From Alphaproteobacteria bacterium (GTDB taxonomy: Bacteria; Pseudomonadota; Alphaproteobacteria; CAAHEQ01; UBA3637): a DNA stretch of 64,000 nucleotides. The stretch is taken from the NCBI GenBank assembly GCA_017539265.1, contig JAFYHG010000027.1, positions 13,886 to 77,885 on the forward strand, given 5' to 3'. A program made the position numbers and the translations under genes. This document shows, piece after piece, positions 48,841 to 58,585 of this stretch. The notes under the pieces were generated by a model that saw nothing but the letters and a program-made list of their open reading frames with translations, had not been told where the DNA came from and did not search any database. The stretch's first letter is position 1, and each line of letters begins with the position of its first letter.

Positions 48841-48951
48841 GGTGCTGGGATTGTTCGCTATCGCTCATCCCTCGTTCCTCGGGACCGCCTATGGCGTCAA
48901 CTGCGCTATCGCTCCGTTCCGAACATGGATTCGTCCACCTCAGGCACCCTC
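48841..48951 (+). repeat. Repeat family member A (~110 bp) starting with a tRNA-Lys-like GTGCTGGGATT. Followed by a terminator-like hairpin.
   Basis: Shares blocks TTCGCTATCGCTC / CGTTCCTCGGGACCGCCTATGGCGTC / CCGAACATGG with 49776-49902 and, inverted, with 58313-58412. Confidence 0.7.
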
Positions 48952-49052
48952 TATTTATAAAAAAACACCCCACACGGGGGCGTTTTTTTATAAATGGTGA
49001 GGGATACCTTGCACAACGCGAGCTAAATAATGCTGGCATAAAATTTATTCAA

Positions 49053-49577
49053 CTATTGCATAGAAGCGAACATAACAAAGGAAAGGAGTCCAGAAATTGA
49101 TATTCCCAAAAGAACAGAAATGACAATCTTGAACTTTTCTTTTTTGATAAAATTTAGAAGTTTATAGTTAAGTTTCGCATATACCATTCCTAACAAATAC
49201 GATAGAAAAGAAAAACTCAATAAAAAATGCCCTTCGTGTTTTACTAATTGTTGATAGGGAAAAAGGTTCAATACATTACCTATTGCTGTTATTATAGCTA
49301 AAACCATTACCATCAAAATAAATTCGGATAATTTTGATTTTAAAATTATTCTGAAAGAAAAGTATAATAACAAACATAAAAATATAAAAATTATTGAATT
49401 TAATCCAAAATAAATAAGAAAATATAAGGGAAGCACGAATAATATTCCCCAAAAGTATATGAGAGAGATAGGAGAAAGAAGAAACAATAAAAGATCTAAT
49501 GGAAATACAAATCCCCGTAAAATATTAATCATTATATTTCGAAGGCGATTGTTATCTTTTTTTATTTTATTTTTCAC
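49053..49577 (-). CDS. Polytopic membrane protein (174 aa), hypothetical.
   Basis: 4-5 TM segments. Confidence 0.4.
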   Translation of the reverse strand: MKNKIKKDNNRLRNIMINILRGFVFPLDLLLFLLSPISLIYFWGILFVLPLYFLIYFGLNSIIFIFLCLLLYFSFRIILKSKLSEFILMVMVLAIITAIGNVLNLFPYQQLVKHEGHFLLSFSFLSYLLGMVYAKLNYKLLNFIKKEKFKIVISVLLGISISGLLSFVMFASMQ

Positions 49578-49715
49578 GGAATCCTCCTCTTTTTAAATAC
49601 TGGAAATATTCTACGTAAAATATAATCTAAATGCAAATTTTTTCTGAGATTTCTTCGTAAATAATTCAAAAAAATGACATCAGCGACACATTATACCAAG
49701 AAGGTTGGAAAAATG

Positions 49716-49761
49716 TGAAATGTAATAAAATCAGCTACTTTTGAGATGATGAGTTCGATTG
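49716..49761. repeat. 46-bp direct repeat, copy 2.
   Basis: See copy 1. Confidence 0.85.
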
Positions 49762-49775
49762 CCCGCGAAAATAGG

Positions 49776-49902
49776 GTGTGCTGGGATTATTCGCTTCGCT
49801 CACCCACTCATTTTACTCGGGGCTGTCTCGCATTGCTCGACATTACGTCCGTGTGCCAAAGCACACTCCCGTCCGAACAGGGTTCTTATCCCTAGCACCT
49901 CC
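49776..49902 (+). repeat. Repeat family member B.
   Basis: Starts GTGCTGGGATTATTCGCTTCGCTCAC, ends CCGAACAGGGTTCTTATCCCTAGCACCTCC. Followed by the same hairpin (CACCCCACACGGGGGCG + T-run) seen after member A. Confidence 0.65.
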
Positions 49903-49946
49903 AATTTTATAAAAAAACACCCCACACGGGGGCGTTTTTTTATAAA

Positions 49947-50022
49947 TGGTGAGCGTGCTGGGATTCGAACCCAGGGCCACCTGATTAAAAGTCAGGTGCT
50001 CTACCAGCTGAGCTACACACTC
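49947..50022 (-). tRNA. tRNA-Lys (anticodon UUU).
   Basis: Reverse complement GAGTGTGTAGCTCAGCTGGTAGAGCACCTGACTTTTAATCAGGTGGCCCTGGGTTCGAATCCCAGCACGCTCACCA. Anticodon loop CTTTTAA. 76 nt with CCA. Confidence 0.9.
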
Positions 50023-50039
50023 AAAATCAGACGGGCGTA

Positions 50040-50068
50040 AGTATAGCAAAACAGAATGGCATTGTCAA
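50040..50068 (-). promoter_or_regulatory. Consensus promoter TTGACA-17-TATACT for tRNA-Lys (minus strand).
   Basis: Reverse complement of 50040-50068 reads TTGACAATGCCATTCTGTTTTGCTATACT. Confidence 0.5.
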
Positions 50069-50096
50069 GCCCTTTTTTGATTTTTTTAAAAAAGAG

Positions 50097-50125
50097 TTGC
50101 CTAAATTCATTTTTTGTGGTATAAT
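50097..50125 (+). promoter_or_regulatory. Promoter TTGCCT-17-TATAAT for the 652-aa gene.
   Basis: Direct reading. Confidence 0.5.
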
Positions 50126-50151
50126 GAAGGTGTTAGGGAAAGGAGGGCACC

Positions 50152-52110
50152 ATGCCGGAACTGATTGGACAACATGAAGACATCTTGACGGATCTTTACT
50201 TATTGGAAAGATATGCTCGGGAAGAAGAGGTATTATCCGACGCGGAAAAGCGCCGCTTAAATCGTTTGCCGAAAGCCAAGCGGGAAGATCGCAAAAAGAA
50301 AATCCTGAAGGAAAAAGAAAACGAAAAGAAGGAACGCTTGCGTATCCGTGCCCTTGAATTAGAGGACAAGGTCAGAAAATCCGACCTGCCCAGTGAAATT
50401 ACCAGCGAAATTATAGATATGCTTGCCTATGCCAAAGATCGGGGCATGACATATATTCATGAAGCGGAAAAGAAAATTGAGGCTTTAAAAGATAAGGTGC
50501 GTGAGGCCGAAATTCAAAGGAAGAAAGAAGAAGAGGAACAAATGAAGGCCATCCAAAAGGGAACTGCGCTTTTCGCCGCTGTTGCCTTGGGTGCCGCAGT
50601 GGCCGGGGCAGTATTGGAAGAAAAAATGGAAGAAAAGGCAGAGGAAAAAGAATTGCCTCCTTTTGTCCATGTCCGCTATGACGCGGAAGAATTCGCCAAG
50701 AAACGCGAAACATTCTATGCGGAAAAAATTCTGGCCAAAACATTGAAACCGTTTGAGGAAGTCTTCACCCCACGTATCCCCGAACGCGTATACAAAACGA
50801 AAAAAGGATCTATGTATCCGAAATCTCATTATGCGTTGGAAGAAAAACACAAGAAAGAGCTGTTGGAAGCCTTTATTCAAAATGCCCAAAAGAACGGCAG
50901 CACACAGACACGGGAAGAACTTACTGCCATTTATAATAATATGTTGCCTAAAGAACGAGAACTTACTAACCAAGAACTTTTGGCGCAAGATAAAGTTTTA
51001 GCCGATAGGCAAAAACTCGAGAAAAAACTGGCCGAAAGAGAATCAAGTGATAAGAATCTCATCCGTTTCTTACGTCGTCGGGAAGAAAAAGAGGCATACG
51101 CAAAACGTGAGGCAGCCAGGAAAGCTCGTCAAGCTGCGCAATTGTTTGCGCAAAAGCAAAAAACATACTATGTGGAAAAAATCCTGCCCAAAGTGATAAA
51201 ACCGTATGAAAAGCCGGCAACACCTCCGGTACCTGCGCCCACATACACAGCGAAGAAGGGGGATGCGTATCCTCAATCCCACTATGCGCTGGAGGAAAAG
51301 CACAAACAAGAATTGTTGGAAGCTTTTGTTCAAGATGCCCAAAGAAGTGATAGCAAACAAACGCGGGAAGAAATTATTGCCACATACAATAATATGACCC
51401 CTGCCGAACGCAGAGTTGCCGATCGAGTAACCCTTAAAAATCATAAAAAATTGGCCGCCAAACAAAGGGCCGAAAAGCGACAGGCAGAACAAGAAGCCCA
51501 AAAGAAGAGTCAAGCCAGATTATTGCGCAGACAGGCGAAGAAACAGGATAAACAGGCCCGTAATTTGGATCGGGAAACTCGGTCAGTCGCACAAAAACCG
51601 AGTAATTCCTTGACAAAAGAACGGATTCAAACAAAAGATCCCCGCATCGCCGAACGGTCAACAAATGATAAGCCAAAGGTTGTCAAAGCGGTCAGCCCCG
51701 CTGCCAATCAGGCTAAATTGGCTCCTACCGCCGTTAAAGAGGAAAAGAAAGGTATCTCCGGTCGCTTATTAAAGGTGGAACAATTGGGTAATAAGCGTGG
51801 GGATCTGAAAGGTATCTCGGCTGCATTAGCTGCCGCAGAACAGGCAAAGATCCAAGAAGCCCAAGAACGCGTCCGTGCCGAAAGCAAAGGGAAGTTTAAC
51901 GCCGATGATCGAGTGTTAAAACCTTTAACCCCAGAACAGCAAGATCGTATCGCCACACTTATCGAAAAGAAAAATACAACTTCTCGGGGTACTTGGAAAA
52001 AAGACAAGCAAGTCAATGGTGTCGAAGCGCTTATCAGAGGTAAAGATACAACTTCGCGCGAATTTTGGCAGAACGCCCTCAAACAACGTCAAGCCCGCAA
52101 GGCCGGTTAG
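50152..52110 (+). CDS. Lys/Glu/Arg-rich coiled-coil protein with one hydrophobic segment and an internal ~95-aa tandem duplication.
   Basis: Duplicated block FYAEKILAKTLKPFEE ... YPKSHYALEEKHKKELLEAFIQNAQ ... TREELTAIYNNM versus YYVEKILPKVIKPYEK ... YPQSHYALEEKHKQELLEAFVQDAQ ... TREEIIATYNNM. Confidence 0.6.
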   Translation: MPELIGQHEDILTDLYLLERYAREEEVLSDAEKRRLNRLPKAKREDRKKKILKEKENEKKERLRIRALELEDKVRKSDLPSEITSEIIDMLAYAKDRGMTYIHEAEKKIEALKDKVREAEIQRKKEEEEQMKAIQKGTALFAAVALGAAVAGAVLEEKMEEKAEEKELPPFVHVRYDAEEFAKKRETFYAEKILAKTLKPFEEVFTPRIPERVYKTKKGSMYPKSHYALEEKHKKELLEAFIQNAQKNGSTQTREELTAIYNNMLPKERELTNQELLAQDKVLADRQKLEKKLAERESSDKNLIRFLRRREEKEAYAKREAARKARQAAQLFAQKQKTYYVEKILPKVIKPYEKPATPPVPAPTYTAKKGDAYPQSHYALEEKHKQELLEAFVQDAQRSDSKQTREEIIATYNNMTPAERRVADRVTLKNHKKLAAKQRAEKRQAEQEAQKKSQARLLRRQAKKQDKQARNLDRETRSVAQKPSNSLTKERIQTKDPRIAERSTNDKPKVVKAVSPAANQAKLAPTAVKEEKKGISGRLLKVEQLGNKRGDLKGISAALAAAEQAKIQEAQERVRAESKGKFNADDRVLKPLTPEQQDRIATLIEKKNTTSRGTWKKDKQVNGVEALIRGKDTTSREFWQNALKQRQARKAG

Positions 52111-52163
52111 AGGTAACAAGAATAGCTTGCCATTTCCGTTTAAATATGTTATGAATCGGGAAT

Positions 52164-52733
52164 ATGAGAAAATTAGTCTTTTTGCATGGTTCCGGTTCCG
52201 ATGAAAGTGCATATGGCGAGTTGATGCTTACACTTGCCCGCTTTTTCAATGCTGATTTAGTGTGTCTTAGGGCTCCTTTTAAGCACCCTCAAAAGACCGA
52301 TAAATACACATGGTTTAATAAATTTGAGCAAAATCACCGCCGTGATGCCGTTGTTGATGAGTACACTTATTCTTTACAGTATATTAAAGAACACCTGAAT
52401 AATCTGACAACAAACCCGCAAGATATAATCCTTGTCGGTCATTCCCAAGGTGGAGGCATGGCGGTGCACGTCGGGTTAGAGGTAAATCTTGCCTGTGTCA
52501 TCAGTATCAATGGGGATTTACCCTATAATTTTTCTTATAAAAACACCACAAATACCCCAATTTATTGGTTCGAAAGCAAGCAAGATACCTATATCAATAC
52601 CGACCGAAAACAATCTTATCGTTTAATTGAAAACAATAAAAACTTTCATCTGTTAACGTTGGATAACAGCACACATACCGATTTTACGGATGATTTTTTA
52701 AATCTCCTTAATAAAGGCATGATTAGGTTTTAA
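52164..52733 (+). CDS. Alpha/beta-hydrolase (phospholipase/carboxylesterase family).
   Basis: GHSQGG nucleophile elbow. Upstream [10 protein letters not shown] motif. Confidence 0.65.
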   Translation: MRKLVFLHGSGSDESAYGELMLTLARFFNADLVCLRAPFKHPQKTDKYTWFNKFEQNHRRDAVVDEYTYSLQYIKEHLNNLTTNPQDIILVGHSQGGGMAVHVGLEVNLACVISINGDLPYNFSYKNTTNTPIYWFESKQDTYINTDRKQSYRLIENNKNFHLLTLDNSTHTDFTDDFLNLLNKGMIRF

Positions 52734-54208
52734 ACGCCGTCCATGAAACTGTCTTTTAAAAGTTGTTTGGTGTAAGGATGCTGGGGCGCATTAAAAACCG
52801 TATCGGCAGGGGCATATTCGACGGCTTTAGATTCTTTAAGAACCATCACATCATCTGACATCCGACGCACAGCTTTCATATCGTGGGATATAAATAAATA
52901 GGATAGGTTATATTTCTTTTGCAGATCGATTAACAGGGCCATTAGCTGTTCTTGCGTATCCACATCCAAAGACGACGTTACCTCATCCAATATCAACACG
53001 GACGGCTTTAAAATCAATATGCGTGCCAACGCTACCCGTGTGCGCTGCCCACCCGATAATTCATGTGGATAGCGCGTTGCTAAATTCGGATTTAATCCCA
53101 CGGATTTTAGGGCTTTTTCAACGGCTTCCGTATAGTCCCCTTTGTGATGCAGACGCCACCCCTCGGCAATCAAACTTCCGATTTGAATACGGGGATTTAA
53201 AGATGATGCCGCATCTTGGAAAACCATTTGAATACGGGCACGTGCCTTTAATAATTCTTTCCCGCGCAGAGTAAAGAAATCACGACCGTTTAAAATCGCT
53301 TTACCCTCACCGGGGATAAGGCGCACCAACGCCTTGGCAATCGTGGATTTTCCAGACCCGCTTTCGCCCACCAAGCCCAATGTTCTGGCGGGGTAGAGGT
53401 TAAACGAAACATCATCAACCGCTTTTAATTTCCCATAGGAAACGGATAAATTTTGCACGGACAGAGCCGGCGTCCGATCCGACGGAGCTTTGTGGCGACA
53501 CTTTAATTCTTTTTCCTTTTGGGGCAAACGTGTCGCAACAATTCGACCAAACTTCATCACATAGACGCGATCAGCCAAGCGCCGAACAATATCCAAATCA
53601 TGGGTAATAAACAGAATACTTAAATTCAACTTCTTTTGCAGCGTTTTTAAAAGAGTCAAAATCTGTGCCTGCACCGTTACATCAAGGGCAGTTGTCGGTT
53701 CATCCGCAATTAAAAGCCGCGGGTTTCCCGCCAAAGCCATGGCAATCATTACCCGTTGGCGCTGCCCGCCCGACAATTCATGCGGATAGGCATGATAAAC
53801 ACGTTCCACATCCTGTATTTCCACCAAATGCAATAAGTCCAATACTTTTTCCTCTGTGGCTTCTTCAGCATGATATTTTAATACTTCCATAATTTGGCGA
53901 CCCGCCGTATGCAGGGGGTTCAGGCTTAACATCGGCTCTTGAAAAATCATGCTGATTTGTGATCCGCGCACGGTATTCAGTTTTGTCTCACTCATCTTCA
54001 TCAAGTCTCTTTTATCAAACAAAATACGTCCCGTCATACGCGCTTCGGCCTGCAATCGCAAAATCGCCATGGCCAAAGTGGATTTACCCGAACCGCTACT
54101 TCCGACAAGGCCGATAAATTCGCCCTCTTTCACCGCTACCGACACATTACGCACGGGAACAACGCCTTTTAAACGAACGGTCAAATCTTGAATTTCCAAT
54201 AAATTCAT
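52730..54208 (-). CDS. yejF: ABC transporter ATPase with duplicated ATPase domains (YejF-like peptide/microcin importer).
   Basis: Two Walker A ([18 protein letters not shown]) and two LSGGQ signatures. Confidence 0.8.
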   Translation of the reverse strand: MNLLEIQDLTVRLKGVVPVRNVSVAVKEGEFIGLVGSSGSGKSTLAMAILRLQAEARMTGRILFDKRDLMKMSETKLNTVRGSQISMIFQEPMLSLNPLHTAGRQIMEVLKYHAEEATEEKVLDLLHLVEIQDVERVYHAYPHELSGGQRQRVMIAMALAGNPRLLIADEPTTALDVTVQAQILTLLKTLQKKLNLSILFITHDLDIVRRLADRVYVMKFGRIVATRLPQKEKELKCRHKAPSDRTPALSVQNLSVSYGKLKAVDDVSFNLYPARTLGLVGESGSGKSTIAKALVRLIPGEGKAILNGRDFFTLRGKELLKARARIQMVFQDAASSLNPRIQIGSLIAEGWRLHHKGDYTEAVEKALKSVGLNPNLATRYPHELSGGQRTRVALARILILKPSVLILDEVTSSLDVDTQEQLMALLIDLQKKYNLSYLFISHDMKAVRRMSDDVMVLKESKAVEYAPADTVFNAPQHPYTKQLLKDSFMDGV

Positions 54209-55233
54209 AGCTTCTCCTTCGTTACATTCGGATCAAACGCATCACGCACACCTTCACCGATGAATAGCAACAGTGATAAAATAATCGTTAAGGATAAAAA
54301 GGCCGTCAAACCGATCCACGGGGCTTGCAAATTTTCTTTCCCCTGACGAATAAGATCACCCAAACTCGGCGTGCCGGCCGGCATCCCAAGGCCCAAAAAA
54401 TCCAATGCCGAAAGCGACACGATTGCGCCGGCCAAAATAAACGGCACGTAGGTTGTTGTCGCAATTAAGGCATTAGGCAAAATATGCCGTTTCATAATCT
54501 GCCAATCGGAAACCCCCAAGATTTTAGCGGCTTTCACATAATCCAGATTACGGGTGCGCAAAAACTCGGCCCGCACGACACCGGTCAAAGAGGTCCAACT
54601 AAACAACAATAAGATAAAGAGAAGTGAGAAAAATCCCGGCATAATCAAACTGGACACAATGATTAAAATGAACAGTTGCGGCAGCGACCCCCACACCTCT
54701 AAAAAACGCCCGATAATCAGGTCTGTCCGACCGCCGAAATAGCCTTGAACAGCGCCCACCAAAACACCGATAACCGTGGAACAAAAAGTCAAGGCTAACC
54801 CAAACAGAATACTAAGCCTCAACCCATAAATCAGGCGCGCCAAAATATCCCGCCCCTGATCGTCTGTTCCCAACAGATGGCGCACGGACGGCGGTGCAGG
54901 CAAGGCGGCAGATTCTTCATAATCTATGGTTTCGGGACCCCATGGAATAACCGGATAAATTGCATCTGCATGAAGCTTTATCTGTTCCTTGATATAGGGG
55001 TCCGTAAAATCGGCCTCTGTGGGCAATGTTCCCCCTAAATTTTTATCCGATACAAATTCGGACAAAGGATAATAAGGCATTCCGCGATAGGATACATACA
55101 TCGGTTTATCATTGGCGATAATGGGGGCAAACAAGGCCACCATTAAAAGGGAAATAAACAAAATCAGGGAAAATAGCGCCCTTCTGTTTTGGCGAAATTG
55201 TGACCACCTGCGACGGGCAAGAACTCTGCTCAT
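54205..55233 (-). CDS. yejE: ABC transporter permease (YejE-like).
   Basis: BPD-transporter-like polytopic permease. 4-nt overlap with the ATPase gene. Confidence 0.7.
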   Translation of the reverse strand: MSRVLARRRWSQFRQNRRALFSLILFISLLMVALFAPIIANDKPMYVSYRGMPYYPLSEFVSDKNLGGTLPTEADFTDPYIKEQIKLHADAIYPVIPWGPETIDYEESAALPAPPSVRHLLGTDDQGRDILARLIYGLRLSILFGLALTFCSTVIGVLVGAVQGYFGGRTDLIIGRFLEVWGSLPQLFILIIVSSLIMPGFFSLLFILLLFSWTSLTGVVRAEFLRTRNLDYVKAAKILGVSDWQIMKRHILPNALIATTTYVPFILAGAIVSLSALDFLGLGMPAGTPSLGDLIRQGKENLQAPWIGLTAFLSLTIILSLLLFIGEGVRDAFDPNVTKEKL

Positions 55234-56315
55234 TGTAACCTCTTTCCAAAGTGAATCCGCGGATCCACAAGTGTGTAAACAAAGTCACTGATGACATTTA
55301 AAATCAAGCCCAACAAGGCAAACAAATACAGCGTCCCGAAAATAACGGGATAATCCCGATTTTGAACAGCCTCAAACCCCAACAGACCCAATCCGTCCAA
55401 GGAGAAAATAACCTCTATCAACACAGATCCCGTGAACAGCATACTGATCAACATTGTCGGGAAACCGGCTATCACAATTAACATGGCATTTTGGAATACA
55501 TGACCGTATAAAATCCGATTTTGCGATAACCCTTTGGCTTTGGCGGTTCGGCAATAGGCTTTGCCGAGTTCATCCAAAAACGAATTTTTTGTCAGGAACG
55601 TCAAACTGGCAATTCCGCCAATGGAGAACGCCAATACCGGCAAGACCAAGTGGTGTAAATAATCCGTTATTTTCCCGAACCAAGATAAACTATCCCAATT
55701 ATCCGATACCAATCCCCGTAAAGGGAACCATTGCAGGTATCGTCCGCCGGCAAAAAAGATCACCAAAAAGATCGCCAATAAAAAGGCCGGAATTGCATAA
55801 CTGACCGTCAGGGCAAAACTACTCCACCGATCAAAGGCAGAATTATGTTTTACCGCTTTTTTAATTCCCAGCGGTATCGCAATCAGGTAAATCAACAGAG
55901 TACTAAACACCCCCAACGAAATCGATACGGGCAACTTTTCCAAAATCAGGTTGATCACCGTTTTATCCTGATAGAAACTGGTCCCGAAATCAAATTTCAG
56001 GTAATTTTTAACCATCAACCAAAATCTTTCCAAGGGCGGTTTATCAAACCCGAAACGTTTTTCCAATTCTTGTCGAAACTCTTCCCTGAGGCCTTTTCCA
56101 CCGCGATAGAGGGAATCATTACCGGCCGCCATTGTATCACTGCCCGTTCCGCCAATGCGCGCCGTTGCGGCCGTGGCCGTGCCGTCAATTTTCATCATCA
56201 TTTGCTCGACCGGTCCGCCGGGGGCCATTTGCACAATTGCAAAGTTTAGGGCGATAATCCCAAGAAGAGTTATCGGTATCAACAAAATCCGTTTTAAAAA
56301 GTAGCCATATTTCAT
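55230..56315 (-). CDS. yejB: ABC transporter permease (YejB-like).
   Basis: Polytopic permease overlapping the downstream gene by 4 nt. No substrate-binding protein gene is adjacent. Confidence 0.7.
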   Translation of the reverse strand: MKYGYFLKRILLIPITLLGIIALNFAIVQMAPGGPVEQMMMKIDGTATAATARIGGTGSDTMAAGNDSLYRGGKGLREEFRQELEKRFGFDKPPLERFWLMVKNYLKFDFGTSFYQDKTVINLILEKLPVSISLGVFSTLLIYLIAIPLGIKKAVKHNSAFDRWSSFALTVSYAIPAFLLAIFLVIFFAGGRYLQWFPLRGLVSDNWDSLSWFGKITDYLHHLVLPVLAFSIGGIASLTFLTKNSFLDELGKAYCRTAKAKGLSQNRILYGHVFQNAMLIVIAGFPTMLISMLFTGSVLIEVIFSLDGLGLLGFEAVQNRDYPVIFGTLYLFALLGLILNVISDFVYTLVDPRIHFGKRLQ

Positions 56316-56381
56316 GCGAATTATTTTGCCTTAATCCGCAGAAAAAAGCAAGCATTTTTTAGAAAAGCAAAAAATTAAGTG

Positions 56382-57131
56382 TTATCGGGTTTTCCCTTGC
56401 CTTAATTTCATCCGAAGTTTATTGGCCTCTAAACGTTTTTTTGCTTCTGCGTTATGCCATTTAATGGCTTCATCGGCCGCCATAGGCTTTCCGTCCGCAG
56501 CAGCTTTTGCCACGAAATCCTCGCGCTCCTTACGCACAAGGGCCGAAGCCTCATTCAAAAAGGCTTCTTTGTTTTCCAATTTATTCAGGCCTTTTTTGTC
56601 CTCTATATCAAACATTCCTGCCACATAACTTGCCATAGAATCCGACATCGCACAGTATTCATACTGGTCGTTAAAGCGGCGGCGTTTTTTCTTGGAGCGC
56701 GACCTTAACACTTCTTCCAAAGATGTTGCATAGGGGCCTTGTTTATCGGGCTGATCACCTTCAAGTTCCCATTGATCATCCTCCCAGTATTTCTCTTTAC
56801 CGGCGATAACCCGATTTGTATCAACCCCTTTTTCGGCCAGCAACCGGATAATTTCTTTATACGGCTTTTCATCTTCTTTTCCAAAGGCACTTGTGGCGGC
56901 ATAGATTAAAGGTGTTACCTCAATCGTGCCTTCCCATGAGGGATTACCCCGTCCGCCGATGGCGTCCCAGTATTCGCCCACTTTTTTGGTGGCATTGACA
57001 TCGGCCCCCAGTTTCAAAGCTTTCTTAACCAATGCCACATCGCCGGTTTCGCACCCTTCAAAAAGCATTTGGTCGGTGATCAATTGAGAAGGATGTGTAA
57101 ATAACTTTTTTAATTTTTCCATCATACCCAT
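56382..57131 (-). CDS. Ankyrin-repeat protein.
   Basis: KKALKLGADVNA ... TPLIYAAT ... LLAEKGVD ANK-like units. Confidence 0.55.
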   Translation of the reverse strand: MGMMEKLKKLFTHPSQLITDQMLFEGCETGDVALVKKALKLGADVNATKKVGEYWDAIGGRGNPSWEGTIEVTPLIYAATSAFGKEDEKPYKEIIRLLAEKGVDTNRVIAGKEKYWEDDQWELEGDQPDKQGPYATSLEEVLRSRSKKKRRRFNDQYEYCAMSDSMASYVAGMFDIEDKKGLNKLENKEAFLNEASALVRKEREDFVAKAAADGKPMAADEAIKWHNAEAKKRLEANKLRMKLRQGKTR

Positions 57132-57153
57132 GGTATTCTCCTTTCATAAAATA

Positions 57154-58014
57154 TTAATTACGTCCCAACATACGCTTGGGGCAATTGCGGGCAAACCACT
57201 GATTACCCAAGGTTTGCTTACCTTTTAACAGCAATCCGACCTCGGCCGTTTCGCGTAAACGCTTAGTATCGCGGGCGGCTTGGATCCCTTCGGGGGTCAG
57301 GGGTACAAAATGTTCCCGCGGGAAAGCCTTATAATCTTTAATGCTTTCTCTATTTTCTGTGCGCCAATTTGTCAATTCTTTTGCCGTCATGGCAAGCTCC
57401 GCCGCATAATAAAGCGTTGTGATAATACGCCCCGCATAAAATGAAGCACCCAAAAACGATACGCCTTTAATAGGAACTTTACCCACTTCTTCTTCAAACT
57501 CACGCATGGCACCTTTTTCCGGCGCAATATGGCCATCTTGTCTATCATTTGGATTCAAAGTGCCACCGGGAACCTGAAAAGCCGGCAACTTACCATCCTC
57601 TTTCGGAGGCCGATCGCCCAATACCAAATAATGGTCCGATGTTTCGGCCAGCATCTGGACATTAAGGATATTCGGAATATACATCCGCCCGAAAGATTGA
57701 TAAAAACTTCTTTTAGACATGGTTTTCCAATCTCTGTATTGGGCAGGGGCAACTTTTAAATCACCGTTTGCCATATCCACAAAGCGAACCGAAACAATAG
57801 GTTCGTCCTCCAAGGGTTCTTTGGCACAAGCACGCCGCCATTCTTCATCCCGAACGGCAGTTTCTTCGGGTGGCAGATTTGCCTGAAGTGAGGCAAAAGC
57901 CACCGTAGCCTTTGGTAACTGTGCCGGATCCGCCGGTGTATAGATAACTTTGATGGCACTCATATCAAAATTAGGATCAACATATTCATATGGATTAAAT
58001 ATTCTCATGGGCAA
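57154..58014 (-). CDS. Nudix-family hydrolase (putative).
   Basis: GHIAPEKGAMREFEEEVGK resembles the Nudix box (REx2EExG). Confidence 0.5.
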   Translation of the reverse strand: MPMRIFNPYEYVDPNFDMSAIKVIYTPADPAQLPKATVAFASLQANLPPEETAVRDEEWRRACAKEPLEDEPIVSVRFVDMANGDLKVAPAQYRDWKTMSKRSFYQSFGRMYIPNILNVQMLAETSDHYLVLGDRPPKEDGKLPAFQVPGGTLNPNDRQDGHIAPEKGAMREFEEEVGKVPIKGVSFLGASFYAGRIITTLYYAAELAMTAKELTNWRTENRESIKDYKAFPREHFVPLTPEGIQAARDTKRLRETAEVGLLLKGKQTLGNQWFARNCPKRMLGRN

Positions 58015-58154
58015 CCTCCATCATCATACCCTTTCATTATAGCATAAAACCCGAATTTTGTCAAAAAAACAGGGTTACCAAATGGCCAACTCATTAAAAT
58101 AAAAAGATTTTCCTATAAATTAAAATTTTAATGAAACAACAACGGTAAAAAGAC

Positions 58155-58183
58155 TTGCATTTTGTTAAAAAATTTGTTATAGT
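58155..58183 (+). promoter_or_regulatory. Promoter TTGCAT-17-TATAGT for tRNA-Gln.
   Basis: Direct reading. About 20 nt upstream of the tRNA 5' end. Confidence 0.5.
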
Positions 58184-58202
58184 ATGCGCACTCAACACCG
58201 AT

Positions 58203-58277
58203 TGGGCTGTCGCCAAGTGGTAAGGCAACGGTTTTTGATACCGTCATTCGTTGGTTCGAATCCAGCCAGCCCAACCA
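58203..58277 (+). tRNA. tRNA-Gln (anticodon UUG).
   Basis: TGGGCTGTCGCCAAGTGGTAAGGCAACGGTTTTTGATACCGTCATTCGTTGGTTCGAATCCAGCCAGCCCAACCA. Anticodon stem ACGGT/ACCGT, loop TTTTGAT. CCA encoded. Confidence 0.85.
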
Positions 58278-58280
58278 AGA

Positions 58281-58310
58281 AAAATCCCCCGTTTATCGGG
58301 GGTATTTTTA
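58281..58310 (+). terminator. Rho-independent terminator (CCCCCG TTTAT CGGGGG + T-run).
   Basis: Direct reading. Confidence 0.7.
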
Positions 58311-58312
58311 TT

Positions 58313-58412
58313 GGTTGGGTGGTTAGGATAAGAACCAATGTTCGGTGAGCGTAGCGAACGACGCCGTAGGCGGTCCCGAAGGAACGAGCGATAGCGAGCA
58401 ATCAGCCAGCCC
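58313..58412 (-). repeat. Repeat family member C (inverted relative to A/B), ending in a tRNA-Gln-like CAGCCAGCCC.
   Basis: Reverse complement aligns with member A (GCTCGCTATCGCTC ... GGGACCGCCTACGGCGTC ... CCGAACATTGGTTCTTATCC). Confidence 0.7.
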
Positions 58413-58585
58413 ATTTGCACAAAAGTCCGTGTACAAGCGCGTAAAAAATGCTAAATTTTTGCCTTATACGGACTAACAACATAAAATTATCCTTTATTTT
58501 CAATACAAGCGAGGTATCTAAAATTTATCCTGAGAAAATTTAACTTGTATTTTCTTGAAAGATGTATTAATATGCATGCACTTTT

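Noticed and set aside
58192-58401. 69-aa minus-strand ORF.
   Set aside because: Overlaps tRNA-Gln and the adjacent repeat element. No coding support.
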